Positions 54,064 to 61,979 of a stretch of 64,000 nt of DNA are shown here, piece by piece. This DNA is from an uncultured Spirochaetota bacterium (GTDB lineage Bacteria; Spirochaetota; Spirochaetia; SZUA-6; Fen-1364). Numbering within the stretch: position 1 is the stretch's first letter; every line of letters begins with the position of its first letter. A program made the position numbers and the translations under genes. Location of the stretch: contig CAVUXE010000022.1 in NCBI GenBank assembly GCA_963745235.1, positions 67,039 to 131,038 of the forward strand. Direction: 5' to 3'. The notes below the pieces were generated by a model. It was not told the DNA's origin. It did no database searches and saw only the letters and a list, made by a program, of their open reading frames with translations.

Positions 54064-55731
54064 TCACTTCTCCGTCATGATAACGGCCCCGGTCCAGGAC
54101 GCCGGCGGGGGGGTCGTGATGTTGTCACTGCAGCGTTTCATGAACATGCCCGCGCACGTGTCGCGGGGAATCAGCTCCAGCACGCGCTGAAAGGCTTCTC
54201 TCGCCTCGGGAAAACTGCGTTTGTAGAACAACTCGAGTGCCTCGGCGTGAATCTTCCAGGCCTGCGCCTCCTTGTCCGAGACGGTGCGTCGGGGCGTGTA
54301 GATGCGGATATCCTGCTCTTTTCCCTTCACACGTACTTTGTCGAGCTGCCGGCACTGGAGCTTCCCGGCGAAAGAGCGTGAGCGGAAAACCGACTCGGAG
54401 ATGATCAGCCCCTCGTGGTACACTTTCGTCAGCCCTTCAAGCCGTGAGGCGAGGTTGACGCTGTCTCCGATCACGGTGTAGTCCATCTTCTTGTCGGTGC
54501 CCATGTTCCCTACGGTTACAACACCGTAGTGGATGCCCACCCCGATGGTGAACGGCGGCTTGCCCGCTTTTTCCTGGCCGGCATTGAACCCATCCAGTGC
54601 TTCGATCATCTCGATTCCCGCCATGACCGACTGCAGGGCGTCGTCGTCGTGCCTCTTGGGGGCGCCAAAGAAGGCCATGATCGCATCCCCGATGTACTTG
54701 TCCACCACCCCCTTGTGCTTGTCCATGATGATGTCCACCATGACCTTGAAGTATCGGTTCAGCTCGTTCACGACGTCGTCCGGCATCATCTTCTCCGAGA
54801 TCGTCGTGAACTGGCGAATATCGGAGAACAGGACAGCGATCACGGCGCTTCGACCCACCAGCATCGACTCCGGGCTCGCAAAATACTCGTCGATCACCTC
54901 GGTGGGGACGTACTTCTGGAAGATGCTGCGGATCTTCTGTTCCTTGTGCTGGGCGATGGCGGCATCCAGGGCGTACCCTTTGATCTGCCGGTACGCCTTG
55001 TCCAGCTCTCCCGTCATCAGGTTGAAGCTGTGCCCCAGGTCGCCGGTCTCGTCCCGGTAAAGGATCTCCACGCGTCGGGAAAGGTCGTTCGTGCTTATGA
55101 TCTCTCGCATGGCCCCCACGACGAGGCGCAGCGGCTGCGTCATCAAGTAGGAGAACACGATCAGGAGCGTGATGGCGATTGCAAGGGACCCGAAGAGAAT
55201 GATCGCCGTCCGCATGACGATGTCTGTCGTTGCGCGGTAAAAGGTGTCCCGCTTCTCCGTGACGAAAATGTACCAGCCGAATGGCTCGAATATCGTTGCC
55301 TGCGCAACGCGCGTCACGCCGCCGGCCTGGATGGACATCCAGACCGTGCTTCCCGCTGATCTGAGCCGGGCGAGCTCGCGGCTTTCCGCATCCGCAATGG
55401 TCAAGGGGCCGGTGCTGAACCCGACTTTCCCGCCCGCGTCAAGGGCAAAGATCAGCTCCGAGTCCCCGCGGACAAGGGTCTGCGCGTACGAGGATACCGC
55501 GGAACGGGCGGCATCCATGTATTCCTGGTTGCCGACGAAATTGTTCTCCACGAGGAGGGACCATTGGCTGTTCGCGTAGTTCACCAGGCTGTCCATCTTG
55601 AACTGGAGGAGATTCGTTGCAACGGAGGTGATCCCGTTTCTCGCGGACAGAGACGCCACGAAACCGGTAAGCAGAAGGGGCGCGATGATGAGGGGAAGGA
55701 CCAGGAGGACGACCTTTGCTCGAATGCTCAT
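54064..55731 (-). CDS. Membrane class III adenylate cyclase (two TM segments, periplasmic sensor, HAMP, cyclase, TPR-like tail)
   Basis: VLFSDIRQFT, DKYIGDAIMA, MDYTVIGDSVNLASRLEG (K/D pair typical of ATP specificity) and VRVKGK. Confidence 0.9.
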   Translation of the reverse strand: MSIRAKVVLLVLPLIIAPLLLTGFVASLSARNGITSVATNLLQFKMDSLVNYANSQWSLLVENNFVGNQEYMDAARSAVSSYAQTLVRGDSELIFALDAGGKVGFSTGPLTIADAESRELARLRSAGSTVWMSIQAGGVTRVAQATIFEPFGWYIFVTEKRDTFYRATTDIVMRTAIILFGSLAIAITLLIVFSYLMTQPLRLVVGAMREIISTNDLSRRVEILYRDETGDLGHSFNLMTGELDKAYRQIKGYALDAAIAQHKEQKIRSIFQKYVPTEVIDEYFASPESMLVGRSAVIAVLFSDIRQFTTISEKMMPDDVVNELNRYFKVMVDIIMDKHKGVVDKYIGDAIMAFFGAPKRHDDDALQSVMAGIEMIEALDGFNAGQEKAGKPPFTIGVGIHYGVVTVGNMGTDKKMDYTVIGDSVNLASRLEGLTKVYHEGLIISESVFRSRSFAGKLQCRQLDKVRVKGKEQDIRIYTPRRTVSDKEAQAWKIHAEALELFYKRSFPEAREAFQRVLELIPRDTCAGMFMKRCSDNITTPPPASWTGAVIMTEK

Positions 55732-55840
55732 TGTTTCCGGCGCGCTCCTCTTGTTTTCATGGTCCCTGCGGGCAGCGGTGAGAACCCGCTTGTGCAGAGC
55801 CGCGAACGGTGTTTACTATGACTAATATCGGCAAAACCGG

Positions 55841-57856
55841 TTGCATTTTACGAGTCTTGAGGCCGATGGTAGGAAAGAGGCCGATCATACGCTATCGGTG
55901 TCTTCCTGGGAGGCAATGCCTTTGGCGGGGCTCTATCGCAAGGCGCTTACATTTCACAATCTCGCTCTTCAGGATTCCGAAGGTGCCGTTGAGACACCCG
56001 GGAAACAGGATGATGGAATCAGCGCGGAGGAACGGGCAAAGATCTCCAGCCACATCGAAGACATGCTCGCCGAGAGCCGGGTCCAGGTTTCGCCCCAGGC
56101 CCTTGCGTACACGCCCAAACGTCGCGGAGCGCTTCTCCCCATCATAAGCAACGTTGCGGTTTTTGCGATTTTCATCCTTGTCGGGTTGGTCATTTTCCGG
56201 CTGCTCAACCACCAGGAGAAGTTCATTGCGAGCGGGCAAGCCGTTGTCCAGGGAGCAGAGAACAAGCTCATTGCGGAGATAAAGAAGGAGACAGACCAGC
56301 AGCTCCGCGCCCGGGATCAGGCCATCCTTGATTCCCAGCAGAAGCTCCAGGCCCTCTCCCAGGAGCAGCAGCAGCTTCGGAACCAGGCAGATTCTGCGGT
56401 CAAGGCGAAGGAGGATGCGCTCAGGGCGGACTTCGACGCGAGGCTCGCGCAGGAAAAGGCTGCCCTTGAAAAACAGGGCCTTTCCGCGGCGGCGCAATCC
56501 CGGCAGCTGAGCGAGTTCGAGGCAGCGCGTCAAAGGGAGGTCGACAGGCAGCTTGCGGCGGCGCGCCGGCAGGCTGAAACGGACCTTGCGGCACGGCAGA
56601 AATCTCTTGCCGCCCTTGCCGCCCAGTACAAGGGAGACCTGGATGCTGCCCGGCAGCAGCGGGAGCAGATTCAGAGCGACTACACGCAGAAGGAGGCCAG
56701 CCTCAGGAGCACCTACGCCCAGAGCGTCCAGGCGGCTGAATCCGCGCGAGCCGCCGCCACCGAAGAGCTCTCGCGCTTGCGTGCCCAAAGAGAAAAGGAA
56801 CAGCTGGTCCTGGACCAGATCCTTGCCGGGTACGCGCGCGTGAATGCGGCGCTCCAGCAGCAGGACTTCGCTGAAGCGCAGAAAGGCCTCGATTCCCTTC
56901 GGGCCTACCTGGATGACCCGTCCGTCGCAAGCCTCCCCACCGTCCAGAAGCGCCGCGCGGTTGAGATGTTCCTGATAGATTCCCTGGGGGACCTCGTGCG
57001 AAGCCGCCGCTCGCCGGCATCCACCGGGGCCGCGGTCGTTTCAGAAGCGGATGCGCAGCTTCGCAATGTCAGCGACCTGGTGGCGAAGGGGGACGCGCTC
57101 TCGAAGGCCGGTGACCTGGGCGGGGCTCGCGACTCCTACCTTCAGGCCATCCGCGTCGTTCCTTCCGTGAACCGCGGGTACCTGGCGCTGGATGAGATGC
57201 GCGCTGCCGAGGACCAGCAGGGGCCGCAAGCGGCAATTGCGGGGCTGCAGAAAGCGAACCTCTTCTACCAGGCCGGCAACTTCCTCAGCTCCCTCTCCCA
57301 GTACCGGCAAGCCGTGGGCCTGCTTCTCAAGGATCAGGCGCTGGCCAACCAGCTCACGGACAACGTGATGAACGCGGGCTACCGCGTCCTGGCCGCGGAC
57401 GACCTGGCCGCGCTTGCAAAGCTTCGCACGAATGAAGAAAAGAGGCAGGCCATCCTGGCGCGCCTCCAGGAGATCCGCAGCCAGTACCTGGCGTACGCGG
57501 CGCTGCCTCCCCAGTCCTCTCCCGGGGATGCTGCCGGAAACCAGTCTCTTGCAAGCCTCCTCCAGGCCAAGATCCTGCTCCGACAGATCATTGATTCCGA
57601 CCCGGTCCGATTGCAGTACCCTCACCTGGGTTCCGACATCGACAGCTACTTCGTGGCGCTGGAGCAGCAGGGAAAGATGGAGGGCCGCACCGCGGCTATC
57701 GGCGAGCTGGCGTCCGTGCTGGACAGGCTTTCGGGTGGGAGCAGCGCCGGCTCGCAAGCGGGGACAGCTACGTCGTCGTCGGCCGCGGGCTCCGCACGCG
57801 TGGACCCGCTTGTCACTTTGCTGGACCACCTGCAGCAACTCTTGGCCGGGAAGTAG
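55841..57856 (+). CDS. Membrane-anchored long coiled-coil protein with TPR-like segments (start codon uncertain)
   Basis: Single TM segment LLPIISNVAVFAIFILVGLVIF followed by about 250 aa of Q/A/E/R-rich heptads. Confidence 0.65.
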   Translation: MHFTSLEADGRKEADHTLSVSSWEAMPLAGLYRKALTFHNLALQDSEGAVETPGKQDDGISAEERAKISSHIEDMLAESRVQVSPQALAYTPKRRGALLPIISNVAVFAIFILVGLVIFRLLNHQEKFIASGQAVVQGAENKLIAEIKKETDQQLRARDQAILDSQQKLQALSQEQQQLRNQADSAVKAKEDALRADFDARLAQEKAALEKQGLSAAAQSRQLSEFEAARQREVDRQLAAARRQAETDLAARQKSLAALAAQYKGDLDAARQQREQIQSDYTQKEASLRSTYAQSVQAAESARAAATEELSRLRAQREKEQLVLDQILAGYARVNAALQQQDFAEAQKGLDSLRAYLDDPSVASLPTVQKRRAVEMFLIDSLGDLVRSRRSPASTGAAVVSEADAQLRNVSDLVAKGDALSKAGDLGGARDSYLQAIRVVPSVNRGYLALDEMRAAEDQQGPQAAIAGLQKANLFYQAGNFLSSLSQYRQAVGLLLKDQALANQLTDNVMNAGYRVLAADDLAALAKLRTNEEKRQAILARLQEIRSQYLAYAALPPQSSPGDAAGNQSLASLLQAKILLRQIIDSDPVRLQYPHLGSDIDSYFVALEQQGKMEGRTAAIGELASVLDRLSGGSSAGSQAGTATSSSAAGSARVDPLVTLLDHLQQLLAGK

Positions 57857-57893
57857 CGCTCCTCAGCGCGCGAGGACCTGCCCCGGTCCTGCC

Positions 57894-59294
57894 TCAGTTT
57901 GCCGTAACAATCAGGACGTACGCTCCGGTGTACGGCCCTGAGCTCGAGATATTGAAGAGCCTCGAGGTTGCGGGCAGATCGACGACCCAGGGGCCCAATG
58001 AAGCTGAGGTGGTGGCCGTGTACGGTATCGGCCCAGACAGTGAAACGTCGGACAGGTCCACAACCTGGAGAGCTCCCGTTGCGGACGGAGACCACGTTGC
58101 GGAGAACGTGAGGGAGGCCGCCGTTCCCGTGCTGAACTCCAGGAAGTCTGTCGGGTCGACTGAAGACAGTGTCCCCGTGACTGAGATGATCATTCCGGGT
58201 TGGAACGCTATCCCCAGGTTGTAGGGGCTGGTATACGGGGAGTGAGGCGTGCCAACAGCGTAAATTCCGACGGCGGTCGAGGTCCCGGTAGCCCCCAGAT
58301 TGTTGCCGCTTGTGTTGTTGTCCACCTGCACCGTCACCTTGACGACCACGTAGTAATTGCCATAGACGAGCGGCCAGTTGCCGCCGAAAGGTATCAGGCC
58401 CGAGGTGACGCCACTGTTGAGGGGTGCCGCAAAGCCTGAGGCAATGAGCACGGGCGCGGGCGCGGCGGTCAGGCTGGTCGTGGTGGATGCATATGCCTGC
58501 CAGCTGATCTGCTGGATGCCATTATTGGGGCCGCCGTTATGATATTGGAAGTTCCCGCTCACCGCTCCTCCAGGAGTCGTCGGCGCTGAGAGGTAGTTTA
58601 CCGCCGTGACCGTGTAATTTACCTGCGCCGCGACAACAGCGAGCGTGCTCGCAGTGGACAGGGACGCTCCGGCGCTGTCAGTGGAGGTGATGGAAGCAAT
58701 CAGGTAGTAGGGGCCCGGCGTTGTCGTCCATGTTCCTGCAAAAGGTACCGTAGAACTGTTCCCGCTGAGCACAGCGCCAGTCGTGGATGATTGGATCACA
58801 GAGCTCCCCGAGCCCAGGGCAGGGGTGGGGGATGCGTAGACGGTCCAGGAGATTAGCTGCGTGCCATTCGAGCTTCCCTGGTTCTGAATCGTAAAGTTTC
58901 CGGCGGCAGCCCCGCCGGCAAACAGCAGGCCTGTATTGTTCACCGCGGTGACGGCATAGGTCACAGGGTTCGCGACCGCCGTAGCGGTTGTCCCCTGCTT
59001 GTCCTTGACCTGGATGATGGCGACTCCGGGGGAAGCGGGCGCGGTGTAGACGCCCGTTGCCCCATTGATTGTGCCCGGTCCGGACGTGATTGAATATGTG
59101 TACGGCGGGACTCCTCCAGATGCGCTGAAGGTGGTGCTTCCGTTGGCCGGCACGGTGGCGGTAGTCGGTGATATAAGGAGCTGGGGCACCTGGATCTTGT
59201 TCCCCAGGGTGGTGAAGAAGGCGGAGTTGTTGCACGCGCCAAGCGCGGCCAGCGCCACCAGCGCGACCAGGGCAAGAGCAAGGACCTGTTTCAT
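57894..59294 (-). CDS. Surface lipoprotein with an Ig-like domain and two CARDB-like repeats
   Basis: Lipobox LGAC; ASGGVPPYTYS...TGVYTAP; internal repeat V.Y.VTAVN...GNF...N.G..NG.Q.ISW..YAS...PF.G.W....G.YY. Confidence 0.72.
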   Translation of the reverse strand: MKQVLALALVALVALAALGACNNSAFFTTLGNKIQVPQLLISPTTATVPANGSTTFSASGGVPPYTYSITSGPGTINGATGVYTAPASPGVAIIQVKDKQGTTATAVANPVTYAVTAVNNTGLLFAGGAAAGNFTIQNQGSSNGTQLISWTVYASPTPALGSGSSVIQSSTTGAVLSGNSSTVPFAGTWTTTPGPYYLIASITSTDSAGASLSTASTLAVVAAQVNYTVTAVNYLSAPTTPGGAVSGNFQYHNGGPNNGIQQISWQAYASTTTSLTAAPAPVLIASGFAAPLNSGVTSGLIPFGGNWPLVYGNYYVVVKVTVQVDNNTSGNNLGATGTSTAVGIYAVGTPHSPYTSPYNLGIAFQPGMIISVTGTLSSVDPTDFLEFSTGTAASLTFSATWSPSATGALQVVDLSDVSLSGPIPYTATTSASLGPWVVDLPATSRLFNISSSGPYTGAYVLIVTAN

Positions 59295-60358
59295 AGGTTG
59301 AGCTCCAGGTTCATAGACGGTGAGAACCCCGTCACCAGGTACGGCAATTCAAAATACACGTCGTAGTCCGCCAGCGCACTTATCCCCAACTCCTGCGTCA
59401 GCATCACTTCCACCCCGATTCCGCTTTTCAGGAAGGGCAGGATATTGGTGATGGTCCCCTGGGTCCCGGTGACCATGATCATGAGGGCCGGGCCGCCAGC
59501 CACGTGGAAGAACGGCCGCAGCAGCCCCTGGCCCACCCGGTAGCGAACATCCACCCCGATGGGAAGGAGGTATGTGTCTGCATAGTCCTGGGACCCGATG
59601 GCGGTGAAATAGTCCATGCCGGCATACAGGCCTAGCCCGACAGGTCCCACGGGAGTGTCGAGAAAGTAGGTGGCAAGCACCGAGGGGAGGTAGCCGAGCG
59701 TGAAATAGTAGGCCGCCGCGCCTGTCGGGAGAAAGGGAGCAAAGCCACCGGAGAGCAGCAGGCGCCTGATCGGCTTCGAAGCTGGTTGTGCCGCGGGCGG
59801 GCCAATGACCGTGACGACAGGAAACCCCGCAGGCGTCGCTTCCGGGGAGGGACGAGAGCTTTCCAGAGAGCGGTTGGCGCTGAGAACCCTGATCCTGTCT
59901 CCAACCCTGGCGAGTATCTGGTCCAGGGCGTCAAGGATGACGCTGTCCAGATGCAGATCCACAGGCCCCCGCGCCTGGACGACAATGGCGGCGCCAGTGG
60001 TCTTCGAGTCGTACCACCCCAGCGTAACGTCCATCTGCTGTCCTTCCACGTCATAGCTGCAAACCAGCGCCACGGTGGCGCCGTGTGCCAGGGCCTCCGG
60101 GAGCGGTTTCGCTGCTTCCGTCGGCGAAGCGGTCAGGACCTGGGCGGCGACGCCAAGGGAGCTCAGCTTGTACTGGGCAGCATCCGCGACAAGCTGGCGG
60201 AAGCTCTCCGCGTTCTTCTGCATCGGGTCAACAAGCACGACAATGTCGGTTGGCGACGCCTGCGGTTTCAGGTCGGCTGCCGGGAGGGGGAATCCTCCCA
60301 GCTGCAGGAGCGCCGCAATTGTTATTGCTCGGGCGGCGGCCGACGGTATTGTGATCAT
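59291..60358 (-). CDS. Exported protein with a probable C-terminal outer-membrane beta-barrel
   Basis: Signal-like N-terminus, Pro-rich linker, then about 8 amphipathic aromatic-rich strands. Confidence 0.55.
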   Translation of the reverse strand: MITIPSAAARAITIAALLQLGGFPLPAADLKPQASPTDIVVLVDPMQKNAESFRQLVADAAQYKLSSLGVAAQVLTASPTEAAKPLPEALAHGATVALVCSYDVEGQQMDVTLGWYDSKTTGAAIVVQARGPVDLHLDSVILDALDQILARVGDRIRVLSANRSLESSRPSPEATPAGFPVVTVIGPPAAQPASKPIRRLLLSGGFAPFLPTGAAAYYFTLGYLPSVLATYFLDTPVGPVGLGLYAGMDYFTAIGSQDYADTYLLPIGVDVRYRVGQGLLRPFFHVAGGPALMIMVTGTQGTITNILPFLKSGIGVEVMLTQELGISALADYDVYFELPYLVTGFSPSMNLELNL

Positions 60359-60576
60359 CCTTTTCCACGCCGCAGCATGCGGGAATGCTTGTGCGGTACT
60401 AATAGTTTAGCCCAAATTTGCCGGGATTTCACACCCGGCCAACGCCGGAGCTCTGACGCTCCCCCGGGGGGCCTAGTGTGGTGTAAGTAGCGCTTCTTTA
60501 CAACGCGCGAACTTGGAGAGCACTTGGATGCAGCTATCGGCGGAAAACGGCAAGCATCCGAGGGGCGAAAAAACAC

Positions 60577-60605
60577 TTGCAGTGATAACTAAACAAATGT
60601 ATAGT
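60577..60605 (+). promoter_or_regulatory. Sigma70 promoter of the HNH gene with an overlapping SOS-box-like sequence; leaderless arrangement
   Basis: TTGCAG-N17-TATAGT-N7-ATG(60613); AAAC-AAAT-GTAT at 60591-60602 resembles GAAC-N4-GTTC. Confidence 0.6.
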
Positions 60606-60612
60606 ACCTGCC

Positions 60613-61943
60613 ATGGAGAACCTCGAGGAACTCGGTCAGGAGATCGCCAGCTTGTCCGCCCACCTGGATGCAGCCGCCCACCGTCTGCTGGAATGCATCC
60701 GACGCTTCGACGAGGCCTGCGGCTGGCACGAGCAGGGCGCGATATCGTGCGCGCACTGGCTGGCGTGGCGCCTCGGATGGGACCTGGCCACCGCCCGCGA
60801 GAAGGTACGGGTGGCACGCGCGCTGGGTAGGCTGCCCGCCATCAACGAATCGTTGCGCACCGCCAGGCTATCCTACGCCAAGGTTCGCGCGCTCACTCGG
60901 GTGGCGACCCCCGAGAACGAAGCGAAGCTGCTGGAGATGGCGCTTATCGCAACCGGGGCGCAGCTTGAGCGGCTGTGCCGAGGCTACCGAGGGGTGCTGG
61001 ACTCTGAAAGGACGCCGGCGCCGGAGGAGCGTTCGGTACGCCAGCGGCTGCTGGCGGGGGGGATGGTCAAGCTGGAGTTGGTGCTTGAGCCTGACGAGGC
61101 GGATTTGATCCTGCGCGCCATCGAGCGCGCCCGGGAGGTGCACGCCCGCCAGGGCAGAGCCGCTGGAGACAGAGGCTCCCGGAGCGCCTGCCGGTGCCTC
61201 CTGTGCCTGCGGCGCGGGGGGAGGCGGAGGCAGTTGAAGCCGCCGGCATTTCCGCGGAAACGTGCTGGCCCTCGCGGGCTGATGGCGCGGTGAAGCTCGC
61301 CGAGTCGTTCCTGGCAGGCAATCCCGTGACGGGAACCGGCGGGGAGCGCTTCCAGGTCATGGTTCACCTGGATCAGGAGGTGCTTGGGCCAGACAGTGCC
61401 TGGGCGGCCACCCTGGAGGATGGAACCCGCGTTTCCGCGGAAACGTTGCGCAGGGTGGCCTGCGATTGCGGCCTGGTGGCCACAGGTGGAGATGGGGAGG
61501 CACTGAACATCGGCCGCCGCGCCCGCAGTATTCCGCCCGCCATACGCCGCGCACTGATGCTGCGTGACCGCGGCTGCGCCTTTCCCGGGTGCACTCACAC
61601 GGCCTTCCTTCACGGGCACCACATCCAGCACTGGCTGCACGGCGGGGAAACCAGCCTGGTCAATGTTGTCCTGCTGTGCAGCCTCCATCATCACCTGGTT
61701 CACGAGGGCGGGTGGACCGTAACCTCCGAAGCCGACGGCGTTTTTGCCTTCCACTCGCCTGCCGGCAAGCTGCTCGCGCCCGAGCCGCCGCGCGAGCTGG
61801 TTGATGACACGCTGGACTGGCTGCGCGAGTGGGCGGATGAGCACAAGCTGGACCTTGGCCCTGACGTCAACGTGCCGCAGTGGGATGGGAAGACACCGGA
61901 CTACAACGCTGCTGTGGGATGGCTGCTGGCGGCTGGCCAGTAG
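60613..61943 (+). CDS. DUF222-domain HNH endonuclease; apparent indel within about 61140-61200
   Basis: SCAHWLAWR...AREKVRVARAL..LP...LSYAKVRALTR; C-terminal RDRGCAFPGC...HHIQHW.HGG.T...N..LLC..HH..VH. Confidence 0.85.
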
Positions 61944-61979
61944 CCGCTGGCGCCCACGGCGATTGTCAAGCTATTTCTG

